DNA of 64,000 nucleotides from Phycisphaeraceae bacterium (GTDB lineage: Bacteria > Planctomycetota > Phycisphaerae > Phycisphaerales > Zrk34), in assembly GCA_040905565.1 (NCBI GenBank), contig JBBDRF010000092.1:32001-96000 (forward strand), read 5' to 3'. The translations under genes were made by a program, and so were the position numbers. Below the pieces are notes generated by a model. That model did no database searches and was not told the origin of the DNA. It worked only from the letters and a program-made list of their open reading frames with translations. Each line of letters starts with the position of its first letter. Position 1 is the stretch's first letter. Shown here one piece after another: positions 28,107 through 38,004 of this stretch.

Positions 28107-29357
28107 TCAGTTGTTTTTCATGGCGTCGGCGAGGATCTGCGACGTGCTGGGTCGCATGATGCGGGGGTCGACCATTTCGCCCTGCTGAAGCATCGCACGC
28201 ACCTGCTTGCCGGAGATGAAGACGGGCTTCTCTTCGGAGTGGTTGCTCATGAGATCGACACGGCCGATGGACTCGTAGAAAGCGGCGAAGCCGACCTTCA
28301 CGGGCTTAATCTGCAGGTCGCCCTTGAGGTTCTCGAAGATTTCCTGTGCATCGAAATCGCCCCAGATCGCTTCGCCGTCGAAGAACGGCGCGTCGGCGTG
28401 CTTGCGGCCGATGACGATGTGGGTGAAGCCCATGTTCTGGCGGTAGATCGCATGCATGACCGCTTCCTTCGGGCCGCCGTAGAACATCTTGATGTCCAGG
28501 CCGAGGAGCAGAACGCGGTCGGGGACGCTGCCGTCGACCTCTTCCCAAAGACCCTTGTCGCTGTCGCCTTCACCCATCTCGCGGCTGTTGATCAGGCGCT
28601 CGTAGGTCTGCATGCGAATCTCAGCGGAGACGTCGTCGCCCTTGGTCTCGCCGAGCAGCGGGTTCAAAACCGCGCCGGCATTCTTGCCTTCACGCAGCAG
28701 CGATTCCAGACCGTAAACAAGTGCATACTCATGAGCACGGTGCAGCGGGTTGCGTGTCTGGAAGGCCACGACGGCATCCCAGCCCTTGGTCGCCAGCAGT
28801 TCGCGGATTTCGAGCGGCGTCTTCACGTGCTCGCCGAATGCGGGGTTCTTCGGCTGCGGCAGAACAGTGACGGTGCCGCCGACGAGGTGCGTTTTGTCCG
28901 CAGCGTCGTTCTTGAGGACCATGTCCGCACCGGGGTGATCGGTACGGTCGGTGCCGTAAACAGCCTTGATGTAGCGGGGCTTGTCCCACTCGAAGACGGA
29001 GGTGATGTCGAGCGTGCCGACCGTTTCGCCGCTGTTGTTGACGAGGGCGACTTTTTCGCCAGCCTTGAGCTGCCCGGCCAGTTCGCTGGTGACGGGCAGG
29101 GAGAGCGGAATCGTCCACGCCCAGAGCTTGCCGTCGTGTTCGATGACGCTTTCATCGAGGACGCGTTCGAAGGTTTGCTGGTCCATCGGCCCGGTGAGGG
29201 GGCTGAGGGTGCCGTCGGCAAAGCGGTAGACCGTCGAAAGATCGGCATCGCTCACGGGCAGCTTGGGCAGTGCGGCGGCGTCGGTTTTGAGCTGCTCGGG
29301 GTTGTCGGCAAAGCGGTTCACTAGCGTGCCGCCGTGGGGCGTAATCAGATCGGCCAT
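28107..29357 (-). CDS. sat: Sulfate adenylyltransferase
   Basis: [49 protein letters not shown]. Confidence 0.95.
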   Translation of the reverse strand: MADLITPHGGTLVNRFADNPEQLKTDAAALPKLPVSDADLSTVYRFADGTLSPLTGPMDQQTFERVLDESVIEHDGKLWAWTIPLSLPVTSELAGQLKAGEKVALVNNSGETVGTLDITSVFEWDKPRYIKAVYGTDRTDHPGADMVLKNDAADKTHLVGGTVTVLPQPKNPAFGEHVKTPLEIRELLATKGWDAVVAFQTRNPLHRAHEYALVYGLESLLREGKNAGAVLNPLLGETKGDDVSAEIRMQTYERLINSREMGEGDSDKGLWEEVDGSVPDRVLLLGLDIKMFYGGPKEAVMHAIYRQNMGFTHIVIGRKHADAPFFDGEAIWGDFDAQEIFENLKGDLQIKPVKVGFAAFYESIGRVDLMSNHSEEKPVFISGKQVRAMLQQGEMVDPRIMRPSTSQILADAMKNN

Positions 29358-29536
29358 CGTTCGCGTCTCTCCGGTTGGTCCTGGGCGTTCCAGAAGCTTC
29401 TTCTAAGGGGTTTTCAAGATAGATCAGCCAGTATAGGGCCTCGACGCAGGGTGACAACACCCGCGGCGGCGGTGGGCTGCGATGGCCCGCCGACGTGTCG
29501 CGCCGCAGCTACTCAACAGGCGGTTGCGTCATGTCC

Positions 29537-32116
29537 TCAGTCGAGTTGCTCGAGTTCTTCCTGGGTCCAGGGCTTGTCACGGCCTTCGGTGGCTTCGCGG
29601 ATGGCGGTGACGAGGTCGGGGTCGACGGGGCCGGCCTGATGGTCCCACTGGCGTCGGATGTAGATAAGCAGGGCGGCGAGGCGTTCGTCGTTGATCGCGG
29701 GGTTGTCACGCATGCCTGGCATGGCCTGGTTCCATTTCTGGTCGCCTTCGGTGACGCCGGTGACGCCGTCGAGCGCGATGCGGACCAGCTTTTCGGGCGG
29801 GCCGAGCACGTATTGTGAATCCACCAGCGACGGCGCCATGCCCACCTGCCCCTGGCCGTGCAGTTGATGGCAGGCCATGCACAGGGCCATGTACATCGTC
29901 TGCCCGCGCTGGCGCAGAGCTTCGTCGGCCTCGGAGAGTTCCGCGACGACTTCCGCCGCAGCCATCTCCGCATCAGGCCAATTCAACTTCTCAGCGATGC
30001 GCTCAGCGGCGGTGCGTGTGGCTTCATCATCCGACTCGGCCAGCGCCTGCAGGGAGGTCGGCTGCGCGGGGAGATCGACAGGCGAACGGCGATCGCCCGC
30101 AGCACGTGCCATGCCCTGAAGCAGTTCGCGCCGACGCCAACCCTCTTCCGCCTGGGCTCGCTCGATCAGCATGGCGATCTCGGCGGCGCGCCCGGCGTGG
30201 AAGATGGTCGCGGAAAGTTCGCTCAGCACCGCACCGCGACCGCTTCGCGGTTCCGCCCATTCGGGAGCGTCCAGCAGGCGTTCCAAGACGGCGTACTCGT
30301 GCCCGCCGAGCCCGGTGATCACGGCCTGACGGATGTAGCGATCGTTCGGCTCGCGCGTCAGCACCTCGGCCATGGCACGCTCAGCTTTTGCATCCTCGCC
30401 CAGGAAATGACCGAGCGTGAAAGCAGCCTGCACCCGCACTGCCTGATCGTTGTCCTCGGTCAGTGCGATCACGCGCGGCAGCATGCGCTGCAGACCGGCG
30501 GGGGGTTCCTCTGCCTCGAAAAGAGTCGCAGCGGTGCGCATGGCAGCGATGCGGACCTGCGGATCGGGATCACGCAAGGCAGCGTTCACCGTGGCGGTAT
30601 CCAGTTGGCCGAGACCTTCGAGTGTCCACAGCGCGTGCAGACGGCCAAGCGCTGCACGACCGTTCTGCGCCAGCGACCTGAGTGGGCGTGCCGCTTCCTC
30701 ATCTTGCCGCTGCACGAGCAGGCGCTGGGCGGTATCGCGGTGCCAGCCGTTGTCGTGCGAAAGATACTGCACCAGCTCGGCGGTGGTGGCTTGCTCGAAG
30801 GCGGGAGGCTGCTGGCGGGTCGGCTCTTCCTCACGCACGATGCGGTAGATGCGGCCGAGGCCGACGGGCTTATCCAGCCCCTGCTCAAGGATGTAGTTAC
30901 GCAGGTAGGTGGTGACGTAGACCTTGTGCTGGAGGATGCCGCGGTAGAGGTCGAGGACGTAGATGCTGCCGTCGGGTGCGTTGTAGATGCCGACGGGCCG
31001 GAAGCGTTCATCGGTGGAAGCGAGGAAATCCCGCTTTTCCCAGTCGGGATCCTCGTAGGTGATGTGCTCAGCTTTGAGTTCCACGCCTTCTTCCTGCATG
31101 CGGAAGTGGGCGATGGTGTTGGCGCCTGGTTCGGGGATGAACGCGTCGCCGACGTAATCGGGGCCGAACTGGTCGCCTCGGTAGATGAGGGCGTCGGAGA
31201 TGGCGGTAACGGTGTTCAGGCGACCGTCTTCACGCAGTTGGCCGTCGATGTAGCCGCGGTTCACGCCCGGGTTGATCCGGATGGGGAAGGCCTTGTTGGA
31301 GTTGACGATGTTGGCGTTAATGCCGTGCCTGGCGCGCCAGCTGCTGTTGCGGGTGAGGTAATGATCGGGGAAGTAGTCGGCGTAGAGATAGTGGGAGTTG
31401 TGGTTGTAGTAGAGCCGGCCGACGTTGTCCTGGGTTAGGCCCCACTGGCCTCGGAAGTGGGTTTGGGTTTCCTCGGCGATTTCGCCGTTGCGGACCTTGA
31501 ATCGCAGGGAGGATTTCGCGTTGTAGATCCAGTTATCCAGGCTGAGCATCAGGGCGTTGTCGGTATGTTCGACCGGGCCCTGCCGGGCGTAATCGCGGAG
31601 CTTGGTCTGGCGGTCTGATTTCAGGTCGCCGTCGAGGTCTTCGCAGAACCAGAGGTTCGGCGGTTCGGAGACGAGGACGCCGCCGTCGACGATGGAGATG
31701 GCGCGGGGCATGACCAGTTCATCGAGGAAGACGGTGGATTGATCCATATTGCCGTCGCCGGTGGTGTCTTCGAGGACGACGACGCGCCCGACCGGCTCAT
31801 CTTCACCGCTGCCGTCGACGTTCGGCATGAACCCTCGCATCTCGACGACCCACAGACGTCCCTCACCGTCGATGGCCATGGCGACGGGATCTTCGACCAG
31901 CGGCTCAGCGGCGACCAGTTCGATGCGGAAGCCCGGGGCAATGCGGAACGTCTCCAGCGCGTCGGCGGGCTCGACAACGGGGGCAGGGGGGACGTCCATG
32001 TCGCGCCAGACTTCGCGCATGTCGTGGCCGTCGCGGTCGCCGCGCTGGGCGGTGGCGGTGCCGACGGTGGAGAGCAGCACGATCGCTGCGAAAGCTGTTC
32101 TATAAACTGTTGGCAT
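29537..32116 (-). CDS. PVC-type membrane-bound dehydrogenase / HEAT-repeat / cytochrome c protein
   Basis: Signal peptide; PGFRIELVAAEPLVEDPVAM; ERFRPV; HEAT repeats; CMACH heme motif. Confidence 0.88.
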   Translation of the reverse strand: MPTVYRTAFAAIVLLSTVGTATAQRGDRDGHDMREVWRDMDVPPAPVVEPADALETFRIAPGFRIELVAAEPLVEDPVAMAIDGEGRLWVVEMRGFMPNVDGSGEDEPVGRVVVLEDTTGDGNMDQSTVFLDELVMPRAISIVDGGVLVSEPPNLWFCEDLDGDLKSDRQTKLRDYARQGPVEHTDNALMLSLDNWIYNAKSSLRFKVRNGEIAEETQTHFRGQWGLTQDNVGRLYYNHNSHYLYADYFPDHYLTRNSSWRARHGINANIVNSNKAFPIRINPGVNRGYIDGQLREDGRLNTVTAISDALIYRGDQFGPDYVGDAFIPEPGANTIAHFRMQEEGVELKAEHITYEDPDWEKRDFLASTDERFRPVGIYNAPDGSIYVLDLYRGILQHKVYVTTYLRNYILEQGLDKPVGLGRIYRIVREEEPTRQQPPAFEQATTAELVQYLSHDNGWHRDTAQRLLVQRQDEEAARPLRSLAQNGRAALGRLHALWTLEGLGQLDTATVNAALRDPDPQVRIAAMRTAATLFEAEEPPAGLQRMLPRVIALTEDNDQAVRVQAAFTLGHFLGEDAKAERAMAEVLTREPNDRYIRQAVITGLGGHEYAVLERLLDAPEWAEPRSGRGAVLSELSATIFHAGRAAEIAMLIERAQAEEGWRRRELLQGMARAAGDRRSPVDLPAQPTSLQALAESDDEATRTAAERIAEKLNWPDAEMAAAEVVAELSEADEALRQRGQTMYMALCMACHQLHGQGQVGMAPSLVDSQYVLGPPEKLVRIALDGVTGVTEGDQKWNQAMPGMRDNPAINDERLAALLIYIRRQWDHQAGPVDPDLVTAIREATEGRDKPWTQEELEQLD

Positions 32117-32415
32117 CACTTGAAGTCCATCGAAAGTCGCGGGTTCAAAACTTTGATATCTGGCGCCATTCTAACCGCTTGCGGGCGTCCGGGGAATCTA
32201 TGGAAGCTGAACGCGTTCGATCGGCGCGTTTGATGGCTGGGGGAAAGGGGGCCTTTTGGGAGATGCCGGCGGCGGTGTTGGCAAATCGGGTTTGGGTGGG
32301 GCTTGCACCGCTCGCCGTGGTCGTTCAATATGCCTACGCTATTGAGGCGCGCCAACAGTGATGAACGGCTCCGGTGGCCGTTTCCCGTTTACCCCCGTTA
32401 CTCTGGGAGTGTCCG

Positions 32416-32850
32416 ATGCCGACGCCTCCTGCTTACAACACGCAGCAACATAGCGAGGAAGTCACGGCCGCGGAGGAGAATCCGATTCGGGTGCTCCTCG
32501 CGGACGATCATAAAATACTGCGCGACGGGCTTGCGAATCTGCTGCGCGAGCAGCCGGACATCGTGCTCGTTGGGGAGGTCGGCGACGGTCAGGCAGCAGT
32601 GGATCGGACGCGCGAACTTCATCCGGATGTGGTAGTGATGGACATCACCATGCCGAGGCTGACGGGGATCGAAGCAACACGCATGATTACCCGTGAGTTG
32701 CCCGACGTCCGCATCATCGGCCTGTCGATGCACGAACACGAGGATATGGCCTCAGCCATGCACAACGCCGGGGCTGTGGCGTATCTGACGAAGGACGGGG
32801 ATGTCGAAGCGCTGATTCGCGCCATCCGCGACGCCGCCCGAAAGGAGTAA
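32416..32850 (+). CDS. Stand-alone NarL-type receiver-domain protein (no HTH)
   Basis: IRVLLADDH, DVVVMDITMP, GLSM, YLTK; ends right after the REC domain. Confidence 0.85.
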   Translation: MPTPPAYNTQQHSEEVTAAEENPIRVLLADDHKILRDGLANLLREQPDIVLVGEVGDGQAAVDRTRELHPDVVVMDITMPRLTGIEATRMITRELPDVRIIGLSMHEHEDMASAMHNAGAVAYLTKDGDVEALIRAIRDAARKE

Positions 32851-32862
32851 CGCCGCGCATGA

Positions 32863-34083
32863 TCAGGCAGGGCACATGCGGATGAGGGTGCGAGGCGTGA
32901 ACGGGTAACGCTCAACAAGTTTTCGCAGGTCGTCAGCCGTGACGGCCTGCACCCGCTTGAGTTCTTCTTCGAGCGGGATGTAGTCGTTGAGGTAGAGCCA
33001 CTGGCCGCCGAGGTTCATCATGCGGCCGGCGGGGCGCTCGTTCTGAAGCGTCATGTCCATCGCAATCTTGCTGACCGCCCGCTCGATCTCCTCATCCGTC
33101 AGATCTTTCACGATGCTGTCGATGGTCTCCAGCAGGATCTTCTCAACCTGGTCAGCCTTCTCCGGATCACAGCTGGCGAAGAAGAGGAACTGCCCCGTGC
33201 CGTCCATCGCATGGTGCGAAAGCTCCGCTTCGTCGGCATAACCAGGGTCGATCAAATTCCAGTAGAGGCGGGAGCCGTCGGTGTCGCCGATCACGTGCGA
33301 CAGCACCGCGGCGGCATAACGATCGTCATCCTGCGCCGAGGGCCCCGGGGCCATCCCCACGAGATACTGCATGCTGGTGTTCGGCTTCACCAGCCGTTGA
33401 TCGCCCGCATGCGGCGGCGGCGAAGCGGTGTCACGCGACGCGCCGGTCCGCTCCCATGCCGCACAGACGTCGGCGATCTGCTGAACGCACTTGTCAAAAT
33501 CCAGCTTCCCCGCCAGCGAAACCACGATGTTGTCCGGGCTGTAGCGGTGGGCGAAGTAGTCGAGCATCTGGTCGCGCGTCAGCGATTTGATCGTCTCGTT
33601 CGTGCCGAGGATGCGGTAGCCGAGGGGGTGCTCGCCGAAGTAATCTTCCATCGCCTGCTCAAGGACGATCCAGAACGGGCGATCCTCATACATGCCGATC
33701 TCTTCGAGGATGACCTGCTTCTCCATGTCGAAATCTTCTTCACGGAGCGCCGGCCGCAGCATGTCCGTCAGCAGATCGATCGCGTGCTCAAGGTACTCCG
33801 GCAGCACATGCGCGTAGTAGGTCGTGACCTCCTGCGACGTTGAAGCGTTGTAGTTCGCACCGATCTGGTCGAACTCTTCGTTGACCTGAGCCGCAGTACG
33901 GCGGGCGGTGCCTTTGAACATCATGTGCTCAAGAAAATGGCTCACGCCCATCAGGGCCTTCTCTTCATCACGCACCCCGGCTCGCACAAAGAAGCCCACC
34001 GCGGCGGTATGGGCATTGGAATCAGGCTCGGCGATGATGGTCAAGCCGTTGTCCAGTTGAGTCTGCTTAAACGTCTGCGACAT
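32863..34083 (-). CDS. M16 (pitrilysin) family peptidase, catalytic subunit
   Basis: GVSHFLEHMMFKG (HxxEH), NASTS.E.T.Y, EKQVILEEI. Confidence 0.93.
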   Translation of the reverse strand: MSQTFKQTQLDNGLTIIAEPDSNAHTAAVGFFVRAGVRDEEKALMGVSHFLEHMMFKGTARRTAAQVNEEFDQIGANYNASTSQEVTTYYAHVLPEYLEHAIDLLTDMLRPALREEDFDMEKQVILEEIGMYEDRPFWIVLEQAMEDYFGEHPLGYRILGTNETIKSLTRDQMLDYFAHRYSPDNIVVSLAGKLDFDKCVQQIADVCAAWERTGASRDTASPPPHAGDQRLVKPNTSMQYLVGMAPGPSAQDDDRYAAAVLSHVIGDTDGSRLYWNLIDPGYADEAELSHHAMDGTGQFLFFASCDPEKADQVEKILLETIDSIVKDLTDEEIERAVSKIAMDMTLQNERPAGRMMNLGGQWLYLNDYIPLEEELKRVQAVTADDLRKLVERYPFTPRTLIRMCPA

Positions 34084-34184
34084 GGCGAAAAGTTCCGAAT
34101 AGAGGCGAGTCGATCAATGGCTGATTTTGCTCCCCGCCCCCCACGTTCCGCCACGCGTCGGGCAAAGGTGGGGGGGGTGGGGGG

Positions 34185-35408
34185 TTAGGCGAGGGTTTCG
34201 GGGCCGATGGTGAGTGTGGTGAACGTGTCCGGCCGATGGGTGCTGAGGTAGTCGTTGAGCATATCCAGCGAGATCGCGTCGATAGCCTCCGCCCGTTCAT
34301 CAAGCGTGCGAGGCCGACCCACCAGGAACTGATCGCTGGCGATGGCCCTGGCGCGGGCACTGGTCGACTCACCCTGCATGATCAGCCTGGCCTTCAGGCC
34401 GACCACCGCACGGTGAAATTCGTCCGCTTCCACGCCGTCGTTCACACGCTGCAACTCTTCACGGAGCACCTCAAGCGTTTCCGCCGCCCGCGCCACCGTC
34501 GTCCCGGCATACGCATATACCGTGCCGAAGTTCGGCTGCGGGGCGTACGCCGCATACACCGCGTAACACAGGCCACGCTTCTCACGCACTTCGGTGAACA
34601 ACCTCCCGCTCATGCCGCCTGAAAGCACCGCCACGCCCAGCCGTTGATGCAGGCTCAGCGGGTCCGATTCGCCCACCGTATCGAACGCCAGACCAATGTG
34701 CGTCTGCGACGTTTCGGCCGTGATGTGATCGTAATGAGGCTCGGGCGTTCCCTGCACCGGCAGCGGTTCCACCGTGCCCGACCAATCATTCAGCATCTGC
34801 CCGATCTGGTCCCGCACCTTTTCGAAATCGACATTGCCCGCCAGACCGAGGATCGCACCGTCCGGCACGAAGTGACGATCGCAATGCTGACGCACATGCT
34901 CGAGCTTCAGGCTCTGCAGATGCTCCACCGAGCCGGGCTGCGGATGATTCAGCGGTGCAGGCAGATGACGACGTTTCAGTTCGACCATCACCTTCTGCTG
35001 CGGCTCGTCCTCCAGCGATTGCAGCCCCTGCAGCGCCAGCGCCACAGCAGGCTCGAATTCGGTATCCGCCAGGTGAGGCCGACGCACCATGTCCGTCAGC
35101 AGCGGCAGGGCACGGTCCAGACGATCGCCCAGCATCGTCGCGCCCAGCCTCAGGTGATGCGTCTGCACGTCGTAAGAACGGTGGACGCCGAGGCGGTCCA
35201 GTGCGTCCGAATGCTGCCGCGAGTCGAGATCGCCGGCTCCGCGGAACAGCATCTCACCGAGCACCTGCGTCACGCCGAGTTGATCGTCCGGCTCGGTCGC
35301 GGCTCCAGACGGCAGCAGCAGCGACATGGCGGCACTCTTGACGCCCACGATCGGCTCCACCAGCAGCGTCAGACCGTTGGCAAAGCGATGTTGATGAATC
35401 TGGCTCAT
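34185..35408 (-). CDS. M16 family peptidase, non-catalytic partner subunit
   Basis: HxxEH replaced by QVLGE; SGGMSGRLFTEVREKRGLCY (R/Y pair) retained. Confidence 0.88.
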   Translation of the reverse strand: MSQIHQHRFANGLTLLVEPIVGVKSAAMSLLLPSGAATEPDDQLGVTQVLGEMLFRGAGDLDSRQHSDALDRLGVHRSYDVQTHHLRLGATMLGDRLDRALPLLTDMVRRPHLADTEFEPAVALALQGLQSLEDEPQQKVMVELKRRHLPAPLNHPQPGSVEHLQSLKLEHVRQHCDRHFVPDGAILGLAGNVDFEKVRDQIGQMLNDWSGTVEPLPVQGTPEPHYDHITAETSQTHIGLAFDTVGESDPLSLHQRLGVAVLSGGMSGRLFTEVREKRGLCYAVYAAYAPQPNFGTVYAYAGTTVARAAETLEVLREELQRVNDGVEADEFHRAVVGLKARLIMQGESTSARARAIASDQFLVGRPRTLDERAEAIDAISLDMLNDYLSTHRPDTFTTLTIGPETLA

Positions 35409-35563
35409 GGTAAACTACCTGTCAGGCATAACGGAAACCGGCATTGTAACCGCTGGAAACCTTCCCTGTGGAAGCGGCGTTTGAAGTGTCCGGCCATTGT
35501 TGATAGTGTCGTGAAATCATCGACTTATTTCCCCTTTAGTGTTTCAACCTGGAGCCCATCACC

Positions 35564-36445
35564 ATGAGCTGGACCCTTAGTGCATTCGCCGACGAAGCCT
35601 CCGCCCAAGTCGATGAGCAGATTAGAGCGCTCAACGAAGCGAAGATCGATCACGTGGACCTGCGCAGTGTCGATGGCACGAACATCGTTGAGCTTCCTGT
35701 GGATGAGGCGAAGCAGGTACGCAAGAAGCTCGACGCAGGCGGTATCCGCGTGTGCATGTTCGGCTCGCCGATCGGCAAGATCGATCTGGCCGACGACTTC
35801 GAGATCGACCTCAAGCGCCTGCGCCACCTCGGTGAGATGCGCAAGGTGTTCGATGCCGAGAAGGTCCGCATCTTCAGCTACTTCAATAAGGAAGCGCAGC
35901 TCGATGACGCCGGCTGGCAGGCGCAAGCCGTCGATCGGCTGCTGCGGCTGAGCGATGAGGCGGCCAAGCTCGGGCTCGTGCTCTATCACGAGAACGAGAT
36001 CGGTATCTACGGCGGCCCCCTCGAGCAGGTGTGTGTCCTCCGCGACAAAGTCCACGCCCAACGGCCCGAGCAGTTCAAGCTCATCTTCGACTTCGACAAC
36101 TTCAACCAGAACAACGAAAATGTCTGGGAAGATTACCTCGAACTCCGCGACAGCATCGGGGCCCTGCACATCAAGGAATCCAAGCGCCAGCCCGACGGCG
36201 CGTGTCAGCATGTGCCCGCCGGCGAGGGCGATGGCTACATGCCCGAGATTTTCGCCGACCTCGCCAAACGCGGCTGGGACGGCCCGTTGACGCTCGAGCC
36301 TCACCTGGCGCGCTCCGAAGCCGTGCTCGCCACCGGGGCACACGGTCAGGCCAATGCTGCACTTTCGGACCTCTCGCCGTACGAATGCTTCCAGGTCGCC
36401 GCCCAGGCGATACGGAAACTGCTCGACGATGCTGGCCGGTTATAG
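35564..36445 (+). CDS. Sugar-phosphate isomerase/epimerase (xylose-isomerase-like TIM barrel)
   Basis: LSAFADE, GSPIGK, HENE, FDFDNF, LHIKE, LEPHL. Confidence 0.85.
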   Translation: MSWTLSAFADEASAQVDEQIRALNEAKIDHVDLRSVDGTNIVELPVDEAKQVRKKLDAGGIRVCMFGSPIGKIDLADDFEIDLKRLRHLGEMRKVFDAEKVRIFSYFNKEAQLDDAGWQAQAVDRLLRLSDEAAKLGLVLYHENEIGIYGGPLEQVCVLRDKVHAQRPEQFKLIFDFDNFNQNNENVWEDYLELRDSIGALHIKESKRQPDGACQHVPAGEGDGYMPEIFADLAKRGWDGPLTLEPHLARSEAVLATGAHGQANAALSDLSPYECFQVAAQAIRKLLDDAGRL

Positions 36446-36490
36446 ACGCGGGTGACGGCGGCACCCGGAAAGAGGTATAATCGCCATCAC

Positions 36491-37900
36491 ATGAGCCTGC
36501 GATGTCGCCTATCCCACGCGCAAAGCTGGGCGGTGGTCACTTCGGTGATCCTGCTCATGCTGATCTTCTCTCCGCACCGCGCCCGCGCGGCCGAAGCGAC
36601 GCAGCGCACCGCTGCGATCATGACCTGGCACAGCATCGGTGAGCAACTGGCGCCCTCGCGCACCTTCAGCGGCGTCGTCCTTAACGGACGCTACGTGGTG
36701 ACCTCAAGAAGAGCGCTCGAGAAGGGGCACACGAACCCTTTCACCGGCCGCTCGGGCGAGCTGTCGCGCATTCAAGGCGTGGTCCGGCAGAATGATCAGC
36801 TGATCACGTTCGACCTGTCCGTCTGGGCCTCGCCCCGGACGGTGATCGATGATCTGGTCCTCCTGGAGGTCGTGGAATCCGACCGGGAGACGCTGGCGCA
36901 ATTCATCCGGCATCTACCGACACTCGGCAGACTCACGCAAGCGAGCCCCGCAAGGCTGATCGGCGTGCTCGCGCCGCTCGGCGTTGAAGAGGTCACCCCT
37001 CGGACCATCCCGCAGCCGCTGGAGTTGGCCATTTCCTGGGAGCAGCCGTTGCGCAATCGCGGCACACTCGCCGTGCCGAGCGAGCCCACCTACGCCTCGC
37101 AGATGGTCGGCGCCGGCGTATGGACCGATCAGCAGGAGCTACTCGGCGTGCTGGTGCGGGAGGATCGCGGCTGGTGGGTCGTCGACGCTTCCGTCGTCGA
37201 AGAGCTCGGCATGCTGGCCGGTCTGAACTGGGACGCGCCGGAGGATTTTCGCGAATTCACCGGCCCCAACGTGCGCAGGCCAGACCCCCGCCCGCGGGCT
37301 GAGCTGCGCGGCATCTACGAACTATTGGATCGCAACGGCCTTCAGATGCAGCTCGATCGCAACCTGGTCGACTTCGTCAATCAGCCCCAGGCGGATTTGA
37401 TCATGACGATGATCGCCGGCGGCGAATACGACCGGGCACTGAACCTGCTCGACCGCATCGAGCCGCTGGTAACCGGTCGGCTGATGGAGCAGATGACCTA
37501 CCGCCGGGCGCTGGCGCTGATCCTCAACGGTCGGCCCGATGACGCAAGGCGAGGGCTCGTCGAAGTCCACGAACTGCAAGACGACCTGGCCCGGGCGCGC
37601 GGCATGATGTTGCGACGCGTACTTGAGGCCGATGCTGAACGACAGCTGGGGGATCTGGATATCACCCGCCCGGATGGGCTGGCCGAGGCATGCCTGCGGG
37701 TGCTGGGGGAGCTTGAGCGGGAGTTCGCGGAGGAACTGGAGCAGACCGGGTGGCGCGTGGGCGTTTCCCCTGACCAGACGGTCCTGGCGGAACTGGAAGA
37801 GATCCAAGGGAAGGTGCTCGTCTATCGCCTGTCCTGGCCGAGCTACTTCAAGCCGATGCTCGACCGCATGAAGAACATGCGTAACGAGATCGAATCCTGA
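36491..37900 (+). CDS. Secreted protein with degenerate trypsin-like domain and TPR-like helices
   Basis: Signal peptide; SGVVLNGRYVVTS, DDLVLLEV, VGAGVWTDQQELLGV resemble S1 motifs without catalytic His/Ser. Confidence 0.55.
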   Translation: MSLRCRLSHAQSWAVVTSVILLMLIFSPHRARAAEATQRTAAIMTWHSIGEQLAPSRTFSGVVLNGRYVVTSRRALEKGHTNPFTGRSGELSRIQGVVRQNDQLITFDLSVWASPRTVIDDLVLLEVVESDRETLAQFIRHLPTLGRLTQASPARLIGVLAPLGVEEVTPRTIPQPLELAISWEQPLRNRGTLAVPSEPTYASQMVGAGVWTDQQELLGVLVREDRGWWVVDASVVEELGMLAGLNWDAPEDFREFTGPNVRRPDPRPRAELRGIYELLDRNGLQMQLDRNLVDFVNQPQADLIMTMIAGGEYDRALNLLDRIEPLVTGRLMEQMTYRRALALILNGRPDDARRGLVEVHELQDDLARARGMMLRRVLEADAERQLGDLDITRPDGLAEACLRVLGELEREFAEELEQTGWRVGVSPDQTVLAELEEIQGKVLVYRLSWPSYFKPMLDRMKNMRNEIES

Positions 37901-38004
37901 ACGATCGCTGAAGCCGCGACGCCCTCCGGACCGATAAAACACCTGAACGACTCAGCAACTGCCATCGAAGGATGGCGACGTTATCGATGCGGGAATCAAA
38001 TCAC

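Noticed and set aside
29537..32116. Large heme-binding HEAT-repeat dehydrogenase as a novel system
   Set aside because: It belongs to a well-known family expanded in PVC bacteria, and its context here is not informative.
32416..32850. NarL-type regulator truncated to a pseudogene
   Set aside because: The REC domain is complete with a clean stop, and no HTH remnant can fit before the convergent gene. Single-domain receivers are common.
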